Part shown: positions 1 to 8,844 of the stretch, piece after piece
Position numbering within the stretch: the first letter of the stretch is position 1
How the letters are laid out: the number at the start of each line of letters is the position of its first letter
From: Terriglobia bacterium
GTDB taxonomy: Bacteria > Acidobacteriota > Terriglobia > UBA7540 > JAPUME01
DNA length: 64,000 nucleotides
Direction: 5' to 3'
Assembly: GCA_965222885.1 (NCBI GenBank)
Contig: OZ244973.1
Location: 1,157,664-1,221,663, forward strand
The notes under the pieces: model-generated
Seen by the model: the letters and a program-made list of their open reading frames with translations, nothing else
The model's database searches: none
What the model was told of the DNA's origin: nothing
Made by a program: the position numbers and the translations under genes

Positions 1-366
1 CACTGCCACCAGTAGCATCGGGGGGTCATCTTCAAGCGTGATCTTCAAAGAGTCTCTCCTGCTCCGCGAGGAAGATACCGAGGACCAGATGGAAGGAAAT
101 TAGAAAGGCAGGCCCAGCAGCCCCTTCAAGGCTCGATGTCTCCGACTGAGGACATCACGGGCAGGAAGGAAAACCTGACCGAGCCTCAAGGTGAAACCCA
201 CGGCTGATATGCCAAGGCCAGGGGCACACTCTTCAGAACCCAAGAAGAGCACAAAGCGAAAGGTCAAACTGTTGAAATAAGCCTGTCTGCTATCCCTCAG
301 CCTGGATTATCCTATTGTAATTTGTCAAGTGCATAAGTCCGATTATTTTTGAGAAAGCATTTGCTA

Positions 367-1212
367 CTAGTGTTGTGTCCCAGATAATTCTTTACAGGAT
401 TGCACCTTGTCAAGGATGACATCAGCCGTGGCCTTCCAAATGAAGGGGTGCGGCTGGTTGTTCCAGGTGGAGAGCCATGCATAGATGGAGCGCTCCAACT
501 CTTGAACACTGAGGAACGTACCGCGCCGGATCATGCGTTGGGTGATGAGGCCAAAGAAACGTTCGACCTGATTGAGCCAGGAACTGCTGGTGGGGGTAAA
601 GTGAAAATGGAATCGTCGGCGCTTTCGAGGTTTGAGCCAGCGTTGGACTTGAGCACCCTTGTGAGTGCCGTAGTTGTCCATCACGAGATGCACATCCAGA
701 TCCGGAGAGACTGCCTTCTCGATTTGATTGAGGAACTTCACGAACTCCTGACCACGATGGCGCGGCCAGCAACTGCCAATGACCTTACCGTTGACGATAT
801 TGAAAGCCGCGAACAGAGTCGTCGTGCCATGGCGTTTGTAATCATGGGTCTGGCGTTCGGGCAATCCGGGACGCAACGGCAGGATTGGAGCGGTCCGGTC
901 CAGGGCCTGAATCTGACTCTTCTCGTCCACGCAAAGCACCAGAGCCCGGTCCGGCGGGTCCAGATAGAGACCGACAATGTCCCGGACCTTGGCCGAACGC
1001 CAGACCGTGATGAGAAACAGCCCGCCGACTATGAGGGCGACGGCGGGCGCGGCGTAGTACCAGCGAACGATCCAGCCGTAGAAGTTGGGGGTGTGATAGA
1101 GCACCAGATCGAGCACCGGATCGTCGCCGGGCATGGGGAAAGGCCGGTAGAGGAACCCCCAAGCGGAACAGCACAGCCCGGCAAAGATCAGGATCGGATA
1201 GCGCCATTTCAT
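367..1212 (-). pseudogene. Chimeric ORF: ~73-aa membrane-protein N-terminus fused to a 5'-truncated IS630-family DDE transposase (HTH part missing)
   Basis: From IVGLYLDPPDRALVLCVDEKSQIQALDR onward the ORF parallels the DDE half of the intact IS630 transposase at 5664-6737 (DNYGTHK / SSWLNQVERFF vs DNLSAHK / SSWLNQVELWF). The first ~73 aa (MKWRYPILIFAGLCC...LFLITVWRS) are hydrophobic and unrelated. An IS630-like terminus TA|GTGTTGTGTCCC overlaps the stop codon near 366-380. Confidence 0.7.
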
Positions 1213-1842
1213 GGGGCTTGCCTCCGGCGCGTCAGCGCCAGCTTGTGGTCCGTGTTCGGAGCCTTCCCGCAGGGATCAATGGGACGGGAGCGACCCCCAA
1301 AAGGGAGGGGGCAGGCGGTGGAACACCGGCTGTAACACCCCCCCTCCCAGCGTGCCGATATAGCGGTAAAAACAGGGGGGTCGCTCCCGTCCTGCCCTTT
1401 TTCGCTGGATCGGCACGGGCTGGCCGGGTTATTACGGACAAGTAACAGCGTAACAACGAGATAGGAAAATGAGCAGTGGAACAACCAATCTCTGATTCTT
1501 GTAACACCCCCCCCTCTGACCGCGTTTCCCGCTGGATCAGCACGGGTATCGTGCACGGAGTGTAATAAAACCGTCCCGTCCGGCGCTGACTTTAGGAACT
1601 CCATTTGTGAACCTTACCGCTGCCATTACAGGTCAGCATCCGGCACCCTCAAGCGGCGCGAAACCCACGTCTCGAAGCTGTCGATCGAGCGGCCCCGGTC
1701 CCGCGTCGCTGTCGGAAGTTCTCGTAGCGCAATCAAGCGATCGCTCGCCCCGTTAACATCCCCATACTCCGCCAGCACGTCTTCATCCTCACTGCCCAAG
1801 GCCTCCCTGATCCGCTCGCTTTCCTCCTTCACCGTCAGCTCC

Positions 1843-1989
1843 TCGCTGGTGTATGCTTACGTCGAGCGAAGGCAGATTCCCCATTACCGCATGATGGGCC
1901 GCTCGATCCGCTTCCGATTGTCGGAGCTGGTCGAGTGGCGCCAGCAATTTCATGTCAATGGAGGAATCGATGAACAACAAGATAGGTAG
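1843..1989 (+). pseudogene. Excisionase-type HTH fragment (xis-like), overlapping the start of the integrase stub
   Basis: The frame reads SLVYAYVERRQIPHYRMMGRSIRFRLSELVEWRQQF, matching the second half of the excisionase/MerR-type HTH pattern (..vY.lv..g.iP..r.Gr.irF....l..W). No usable start codon or first helix is present. Confidence 0.45.
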
Positions 1990-2221
1990 ACCCAGAAATA
2001 CATCGGGTAGCCTCTACCGCCGGCGCGATTCACGCCTCTGGTGGATGAGCTACCGGGACCACGACGGGAAGTTCAGACAGGAGTCGACCGGTGAGAGGGA
2101 GAGAGGCGAAGCCGAGAAGGTGATGCGTAAACGGTTGGTGGCTCGCGACGAGGGGCGGCTGCCGAGCGCCGCGCCGGACGGTGGGATAGCAGTGCTTGAT
2201 GACGTCCGCCTGCTCCCGTAG
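1952..2221 (+). pseudogene. Tyrosine integrase, N-terminal arm-binding fragment only
   Basis: GSLYRRRDSRLWWMSYRDHDGKFRQESTGERERGEAEKVMRKRL fits the phage-integrase N-terminal motif (G.iy.r..g.W...y.d..Gk.r.eStg....eAe..l). The ORF stops after 89 aa with no catalytic domain. Confidence 0.6.
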
Positions 2222-2764
2222 CTCGCTCCCCGTTTCTCCTTCGATCCACTCCGTCTCGGTTGGAATCCCGAGTGGACGAGACGTTCCCGTTGAGCAATTG
2301 AGATGTACGGTGGCTTGAAAGCCAGCGACACCGGAATTTAATCATGACGCACCGGCAGACGCTATTGATCGGGCGCGAATATAAAACCAGGAATCTATCG
2401 GCAAGACCCTTTCTACTTCATCCAGATGATCCCGGAAGATCTGCAGACACTCGTTCGGGGCGGAGGCATAGAGCATCTGCCTTTTAAGCGTCGTCATCGC
2501 TTCTTTTCTCTCCATCGGTTACGTTCAATTCTTTGCTTTATCAACAACTTGGGGAACCTGTTCGCCGCTCACGGGCAACCTCAATCCCTTCAACAAACAG
2601 GGGTTTTGATACAGTTTTGATACACGTGCGAAGCAGGTGCTCTGTTGTCACGGGACCAGTGAGCACTTTGGCAGAGCCCTTACCCTATCTTGATCAATGC
2701 GGGATTGTCCGAAGTCAGACTGCATGGACTTGACGAGGCGCTTCAAGCACAAATACGCTGATCT

Positions 2765-2986
2765 TCATTCCTCTTCATATTCGGCCTCGACAAATTGAAC
2801 AACAGGATCACCTGTCTTCACAAAACTCTTTTCTTCACTTCGTGTGTACGACGACATGATTTCATAGTTGCACTTCGCTGTGTCGGTAACGCAGTTGCGC
2901 TCACTCTCGCCACACATAGAATGTTTCAGGGTCTGCGGCATCGAGTGTCGTTGATTGCCCGTCAACCTTGTCGCGATACTTCTCAT
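2765..2986 (-). CDS. Small hypothetical protein with an acidic C-terminus, overlapping the 3' end of the upstream gene
   Basis: 73-aa ORF (internal Met candidates) ending ...VQFVEAEYEEE. It lies on the same strand and overlaps the 2901-3938 gene. No family recognised. Confidence 0.3.
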   Translation of the reverse strand: MRSIATRLTGNQRHSMPQTLKHSMCGESERNCVTDTAKCNYEIMSSYTRSEEKSFVKTGDPVVQFVEAEYEEE

Positions 2987-3938
2987 ATCCCAATCCGAGA
3001 AGCCACAAGTCTCCCTGGATGAGGTGGGCTTCGATCAAATTGCTTAATATCAGTGACAAACGCCCTAAGAGCATGTTCTGGGCTGATTCGAGCGCCTCCC
3101 TTCGAGATGCTAGCAGCTCGTTACCCAATTCTTCGTCGTTCTTTATGTAGTCCATCATTCCTGTTTCAACTGGATCGAACGTGTGGATGCTACGAGACGC
3201 GATGCGATAGAGATTCTGGTACTTGGCTCCCAGGCCAACGGTGTCGGCCCGCTGCTGCAGGGATAGCCCCGAATACCCGTGTTTCTTCAAGGTCTTGAAT
3301 TCTCTTTCCGAGTATCGTAATTTGATTTTCGCTTCCAACTGTTCCCATTTCTTACGATGCACTAAATGGGCCATCCCAGTGCCCTCACAGAAGTTCACCT
3401 CCCTGAGATATTTCAGCTTTTCCAAGATCGATGCGTCCACCCAACGCCTCGTGAGTTCCGTGGCATCGTTTTTGAGAAAGTAGATTAGATTGATGTGCGT
3501 CTCGAGAAGAACCCTAAGAAGAATCCAGGATTCCTCGATGAGTCTCTTCGACTTTAACAGCTGAACACCTCGAAAAGTATTTACTGCCTTTTTGAAGAGT
3601 GCAACAAGAATCCTCCCCTGGGGCGTCTTCGCAATTGAATGCCTTTGTACTTGGATCGCGAGGCGATTTGACACTTCAAGCAAACGCTTGTTGAGCTCAC
3701 AAATGTCTCCGGTGACCCTCTTCTTGATTTCGTCCGGCGGGCGCATCCGGAACGCTTTCTTCGAATCTCGGTCAGAGTCAGTGACTGGCGGAACAATCAC
3801 GTGGATCGTTTCGCCTCCACAATATGTGCACGGCGGATTGTGAGCACTGTTGTGAACGAATGCCTCCCACGTATGCCCGCAGTCTCTGCAGTGATGATCA
3901 AAGATAGGCATGCCTAGACTCCGACAATATTCCGCCAC
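2901..3938 (-). CDS. Zinc-ribbon (CxxC-x16-CxxC) N-terminus plus an all-helical domain; DUF5677/AbiV-like by recollection
   Basis: Intact 345-aa ORF. CRDC...CTYC lies at the N-terminus. The likely true start is Met10 at 3911, preceded by GGAG. The helical body carries YQNLYRIASRSIHTFDP. GC is visibly lower than the neighbours. Confidence 0.75.
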   Translation of the reverse strand: MAEYCRSLGMPIFDHHCRDCGHTWEAFVHNSAHNPPCTYCGGETIHVIVPPVTDSDRDSKKAFRMRPPDEIKKRVTGDICELNKRLLEVSNRLAIQVQRHSIAKTPQGRILVALFKKAVNTFRGVQLLKSKRLIEESWILLRVLLETHINLIYFLKNDATELTRRWVDASILEKLKYLREVNFCEGTGMAHLVHRKKWEQLEAKIKLRYSEREFKTLKKHGYSGLSLQQRADTVGLGAKYQNLYRIASRSIHTFDPVETGMMDYIKNDEELGNELLASRREALESAQNMLLGRLSLILSNLIEAHLIQGDLWLLGLGYEKYRDKVDGQSTTLDAADPETFYVWRE

Positions 3939-4359
3939 CGATCACCAGTGGTCGGAATCATTTCGCCTCAAAATCGTATGAAACTAACAACGATTGTGCA
4001 GAGTCGGCAACCGACTGCTTGCGCAACACTGAACCGAGTCTATCATGTTCTCGGGACCGGAATCTGACCTCACCGAGGACTCGCCGATTGTTCTATAATT
4101 CAAGTACCGAGAACGCAGAGACTCTTTACCAATCCGCCGCGCGGGTCGTGCCCAGGCGCCTGTCTTTGTTCAGCGGAGGATCAATCACAGGAGCGGAAGG
4201 CGTTGCAAGACGACTGAGCCGGTGCCATTGTCGCCAATACCGGATACCCCCTGGTCTGCCTCGGCGCTCCGCTCGGTGGGTGACGGAAACGATCTCGAAC
4301 TGGTGGCTGGGTGAGTTTCTTTCAGGGAGCATCCGCGCTCCCCCCTACTGGGCGGGCTT

Positions 4360-4549
4360 GTTTCCGTATGGTTTTTGTTTTGGGGACGCAGGAAAATGGG
4401 GCAAGACCGACAGGGAAAACATCCACTCGTTAGCCCATCATTCCATAGATGTGGCGGAGGTGTTTGCGCGGATAATGCAGTTGCCGATCATCCTCGACCG
4501 TCTGGAGGAGGTAGCAGCGGGAATTCCACTCGGCCTCGTCACAAGCTAA
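4360..4549 (+). pseudogene. cas3: cas3 HD-domain N-terminal stub
   Basis: WGKTDRENIHSLAHHSIDVAEVFARIMQLP matches the canonical Cas3 N-terminus (WaKt.....hpL..H..DVa.va..l). The frame stops at 4549 after ~55 homologous residues, and no helicase domain follows. Confidence 0.55.
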
Positions 4550-4904
4550 GAAGGTTCTAGAAAAAGGTCAAATTGAGAAATAAGAAAAAAGGCTCGCGGA
4601 TCGAACACGACAAGGCGCTTCTGCAGGTGATGGCGGCTGGTAAATAGGCTGCCGAACGGGGGAACAGATCTCTGTGGAACCCGCTGGTAGTGTCGCCTGA
4701 TGTGGCTCATCGGTCCGCGGGTGCCGAACTACCCACTAAACACGGGTCAGCTACCATGTCCACCCACCACTGCCTATGGTAGGAATGGGCATACTGTGTG
4801 CGCCTTTGGCGCAATTAGGTTAATATGCGGCAGTCCCCGCGGTACATGTACCGACCGCTGTGGCACGGCGCTTGGCCTCCGAAGAAAAGAGGGCTGAAAC
4901 CGAC

Positions 4905-5408
4905 ATGACGAACAATGGCGTAACCACAACCGACTTGGCCTACGCCGAAATCCTCTGGAAATCAGCCGACGCCCTGCGCGGTCAGATCGACGCCGCCGAG
5001 TACAAGCACGTCGTCCTCGGCCTGCTCTTCCTGAAGTACATTTCCGATTCCTTTGAGGCGCGGCGCGGCGAGCTCAAGGGGGAACTGGAAGCCGACGGCA
5101 TCAGCGGGCCTCAGATCGAAAACCTGCTGGAGAGCCGCGATGAGTACACCGCCGAGCGGGTCTTCTGGGTGCCGCCCGAGGCACGCTGGCAGAACCTCCA
5201 GAACCAGGCCGCGCGGCCCGACATCGCCACGCTGATCGACGACGCCATCCTCGCTGTTGAGCGCGACAACCCGAACCTCAAGGGCAAGCTGCCGCGCGAC
5301 TATGCCCGTCGCGGCATCGCGCCGGAGAAGATGAAGGGGCTGATCGATCTGATCGCCGACATCGGCTTCAAGGGCGATCGCGCCAAAGCTCGCGACACGC
5401 TCGGCCGC
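4905..5408 (+). pseudogene. hsdM: Type I R-M methylase HsdM, N-terminal domain only
   Basis: LWKSADALRGQIDAAEYKHVVLGLLFLKYISDSFE is the HsdM_N signature. Homology ends at ...ARDTLGR (5406-5408), where VYEYFL should follow. Beyond that the frame reads the antisense of the helicase fragment. Confidence 0.8.
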
Positions 5409-5614
5409 GATAATGTTGGCAATAGTCTGGGACTTGCCCGTGCCTGGCGGACCCTGCACCACAAGATTCCTGCCCTCGCGAGCCAAAGAAATGACCTGGG
5501 TCTGAAAGGTATCAGCATCCAGGATGTGCCCGAGATCCCTGGGGTCGGGGAAACGCGTGTCGAGGTTTTCGTCGGGAGCAAAGATGCTAGATTCTGGCTC
5601 GAAGCCGCCGACTA

Positions 5615-6734
5615 GTGGACTGTCGCAAAGTAACTTTATCTATGGAAAGGGCGTCTATACAGTATGCCCTTTCAAAGCGAACCGTTCGTGTTGAGCCAAC
5701 AGCAACGATCCGAACTCGAGGAGGTTGCCCGTTCGCAATCGCTGCCCGCCGGCTTTGTCTTACGCGCTCGAATCATCGCGTTACTCGCCGACGGCCTCTC
5801 CTACGCCGCCGTCGCCGACAAACTGGATTGCTCCACACCGACCGTCGGGAAATGGAAGAAACGCTTCCTCGAACACGGACTCGACGGACTGGAAACCCAC
5901 CGTCCCGGGCAACCACCCTCGAAACTCACCGCCCGCTTGCGTGCCAAAATCCTCAATGCCACCCGCCGCCAGCCTGGCGACGGTTCGACCCACTGGTCCT
6001 GCCGCAAACTCGCCAAAGAACTCAGCATCAGCAAAGACTTGGTTCATCGTGTTTGGCGGGAAGCCGATCTCAAGCCGCATCGGTTGGAGCGCTACATGGC
6101 CTCCAACGACCCCGACTTCGAGCGCAAAGCTGCCGACATCATCGGTCTCTACCTCGATCCGCCGCGCCATGCCGCCGTGTTCTGCGTGGACGAAAAGACC
6201 GCTATGCAAGCGCTCGACCGTCGCGACCGCGTCTTGCCGCTGTCCCCTGGACGCGCCGAGCGGCACGGTTTCGAGTACAAGCGCAACGGCACTCTCTCCC
6301 TCTACGCCGCCTTAAACACCAAGACTGGGCAGGTGCATGGGAAGACCGCCGCGCGTCACACCAGCCAGGACTTCGTCGAGTTTCTCGGTGAGGTCGTCGC
6401 CCGCTGCGAGCCCGACCAGGAGATTCACCTCATCCTCGACAACCTCTCGGCTCACAAGACCAAGCAGGTGGCAGCGTTCCTCGAGCGGCACCCCAACGTC
6501 GCCTTACACTTCCCGCCGACTTACTCGTCGTGGCTGAACCAAGTCGAGTTGTGGTTTTCTAAGGTGCAACGCGACGTCATTGCCCGCGGCGTGTTCCCCT
6601 CCACCACCGATCTCGCCCGCAAACTCCGCCGCTACATCAACGCCTACTCGAAAGACGCCAAGCCTTTCCGCTGGAAATACTCCAGGCCCTCCCGCCGCAT
6701 CCGCCATGGTAAAACTATCTCTGCGACAGTCCAC
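5615..6734 (+). mobile_element. Intact IS630-family insertion sequence (1120 bp) with TA target-site duplication
   Basis: The terminal inverted repeats are GTGGACTGTCGCAAAGTAACTTT (5615-) and its imperfect reverse complement ...AGAGATAGTTTT-type, ending in TGCGACAGTCCAC at 6734. TA lies at 5613-5614 and 6735-6736. There is a single transposase ORF. Confidence 0.9.
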
Positions 6735-6737
6735 TAG
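5664..6737 (+). CDS. IS630-family transposase (HTH + DDE)
   Basis: 357 aa with an N-terminal HTH (LSYAAVADKLDCSTPTVGKWKKRF) and DDE_3 motifs (VFCVDEKTAMQALDR, LILDNLSAHK, YSSWLNQVELWF). Confidence 0.95.
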   Translation: MPFQSEPFVLSQQQRSELEEVARSQSLPAGFVLRARIIALLADGLSYAAVADKLDCSTPTVGKWKKRFLEHGLDGLETHRPGQPPSKLTARLRAKILNATRRQPGDGSTHWSCRKLAKELSISKDLVHRVWREADLKPHRLERYMASNDPDFERKAADIIGLYLDPPRHAAVFCVDEKTAMQALDRRDRVLPLSPGRAERHGFEYKRNGTLSLYAALNTKTGQVHGKTAARHTSQDFVEFLGEVVARCEPDQEIHLILDNLSAHKTKQVAAFLERHPNVALHFPPTYSSWLNQVELWFSKVQRDVIARGVFPSTTDLARKLRRYINAYSKDAKPFRWKYSRPSRRIRHGKTISATVH

Positions 6738-7951
6738 GATGCGCTCGAGGATCTCAGTTCCAGCGGTGCCATCCCACATGCTGTTAGGGTCCAGGTCCTT
6801 CCACATCAGGAATTTGGCGAACGAGAAGAATCCCAACTCGATGGTGTTCGGTCGGACGCGCCAGCGCGTCAGCGACGACACTGTCTCCTGGACACGCACG
6901 AAGTAATCCGAAGGCAGCCATTCGTTGCCCTCGGGAAAATCCGGCAGTGTCATACCGAAGTCATTCGACAGCAATGCACGGAGAGAGAGATTCAGCTCTA
7001 GGTCCTGGTCCCTGAAAACGAGTCTAAACCGACCTCGGGCGCTGGTGCGCTCGAGGTCGACCGGAAGCAGGATCAATGGCGCAAAACGCTCAATCTGCGA
7101 AGAGTTATTTTCGTACCAGCGGAGGAAACCCAGGGCGAGGAACAGAACGCTGATCCCCTGCTCCTCTTCGAGGGTCTGAGCGTCCCTATACAGCGTGAGT
7201 AGCTTCTTTTGGAGACGGTCGGCTGTTAGTTGCGTCTGGAGTTTGTTGTCGCTTTGGTAAGCGGCGGCCATTCCAAGCTCGACATCTTCGGTCGGTAAGA
7301 AAACAGACTCATCGTCGCTATCCTCCTCCTCCGAGAAGAGGCCACCTTGAGCGGACTGGAAGCTCATGCTCTTACCTTGGAGGTAGAGGATCTTGAAAAC
7401 CTCGTCGGCCAGCTCATCCTTGATGGTGATCTGCTTGGCCCGATCTTTCCTGATCGGCGCGTTGATGAGCTTGTTGCGTTTCCCGACGTCAAGCAGTTGC
7501 TGTCGGAGATTGTTGACGGCTTTTACCACGCTGCTATCCGGGTGAGAGTCAGGGCGCGTGTGCTTGTCGCTCGCAGATTGATTCATAGTCCCACTTCCAC
7601 CTTGACCGCCTCGATCAACTCGTGTCCTACCATGATGGACGTGCCAGCGATTACCCAATGAACCATGCTAGATTCTTTCCCGATCAGTAAGCTCGTCCAG
7701 CGCTTGAGATCACCCCAAGCGCTGCACTCCTGATTTCTTAGACGAGACAACCTAACACGTGTCGAATCAGATCCTCCACTATAGCCCGGGAGTAACGAAC
7801 ACCGCGAGGAGCACCCTCTTACTACTAACCCCCGGCAGGCAGCCTTACTCCCCGGTAGAAAGCTTCTGAGAGCCGTTTTCAAAGCTTTCCACAGATCGCT
7901 CTGATCCTAGGGGTTTTTCCACGCTGAAACAAGACGACACTCAAGCAGGAT

Positions 7952-8326
7952 TTACTGTCCGCCTTCCCCGCTGAAGTAGGCCGCCCAGTCCTCTATCAAC
8001 TGGCGCCGACGCTCGAATAGATCTGTCCAGCGATACAACGCTTCAATCCGGTTTCTCAACACGTGAGCCAAGGCCAACTCGGTGTTCTCCTGGTAGATGT
8101 TGGCCCAGCGCGCAATCTGGTTCAGGTTCGATCCGATCCGCGCCATCTCCCGGATCCGCTTCCGCTCCCGCTCGGCGTGCACCACCGTCCAGGTCCGTAC
8201 TTTCCCCAGAGATTGCCGCACCAGATCTGACAGCGCCAACCCCGCCCCGGCGGCCTTGGCGTGCCACTCGGCCCGCTCCGTCCGGCTGGCCCGGATCTTC
8301 ACCCAGACCTTGCGTCCCTCGCGCAT
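7952..8326 (-). CDS. mobC: MobC-family mobilisation (relaxosome accessory) protein
   Basis: IGSNLNQIARWANIY is the MobC signature (iG.NlNQiAr..N), with an RHH-like N-terminus (VKIRASRTERAEWHAKA). No relaxase follows downstream. Confidence 0.75.
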   Translation of the reverse strand: MREGRKVWVKIRASRTERAEWHAKAAGAGLALSDLVRQSLGKVRTWTVVHAERERKRIREMARIGSNLNQIARWANIYQENTELALAHVLRNRIEALYRWTDLFERRRQLIEDWAAYFSGEGGQ

Positions 8327-8844
8327 GCTTTTCCTTGGGGGGTCGAAGGGGGTATATGCCCCCCTCGCCAGTCCCTGCCGGGGATCACGCGCCTACGTGG
8401 CCCCAAAGGGTAGACTGACTTCGTCTCTATCTTTGCTTTATTTTCGCTTATTCAGGGCTATTCTAGCACGAATAACAGGAATCCAGGCATCCATGGCTAC
8501 ATTCTCAAATCTCGAACCTCGGTCGTTCCTCAGCAGGATGTTTCCCCCTTCCTTCCTGGGTCCGGTTGATCCCCAGATTCATCCTGCAGACTCCTGGGAG
8601 GGCGAGGGTGTTTGCCCGTGGAAAACCGTCTTCGATCACAGATGTCTGGGGAAATTTCACGGAGATTGAGATTGCAGGAAGCTGCAGGAGCGCTTGGCAC
8701 TGCGAGGCCCGGTATTACTTGGCGAAAAGGACTCGCCGGGCATACAGGGCCAGGAGGCGCGCGTTATATTCGCTCCACGGTCTCCGATCTTATGGATCAG
8801 TTTCTGGTGGAGTATCTGCGGGCGAACGAAAAGGCGTGTGATGA

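Larger units (their letters stand above)
5403..7586 (-). pseudogene. DUF4011-type superfamily-1 helicase: 5' part only, split by IS630 and truncated just after Walker A
   Basis: Start is MNQSASDKH at 7586. LLDVGKRNKLIN...ISVLFLALGFLRW...LILLPV is the DUF4011 pattern. After the IS the frame continues ...DADTFQTQVISLAREGRNLVVQGPPGTGKSQTIANIIAA and then loses homology at 5403. Confidence 0.8.

Noticed and set aside
1209-1604. ORFs 1209-1604, 1218-1445 and 1232-1543 as protein-coding genes.
   Set aside because: They mutually overlap on both strands, are Arg/Gly/Pro-rich with no motifs, and coincide with long perfect hairpins and direct repeats. The region is better explained as structured non-coding DNA or RNA.
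2254-2272. A tRNA T-arm-like string TCTCGGTTGGAATCCCGAG just after the integrase stub. It could have been a tRNA 3' fragment or att site.
   Set aside because: The stem only forms with an 8-nt loop. No matching acceptor stem, anticodon arm or CCA-proximal sequence could be found upstream.
2604-2630. The tandem TTTTGATACA-G-TTTTGATACA direct repeat as an operator or iteron.
   Set aside because: There are only two short copies in a region with no intact adjacent gene to regulate. That is insufficient evidence for a call.
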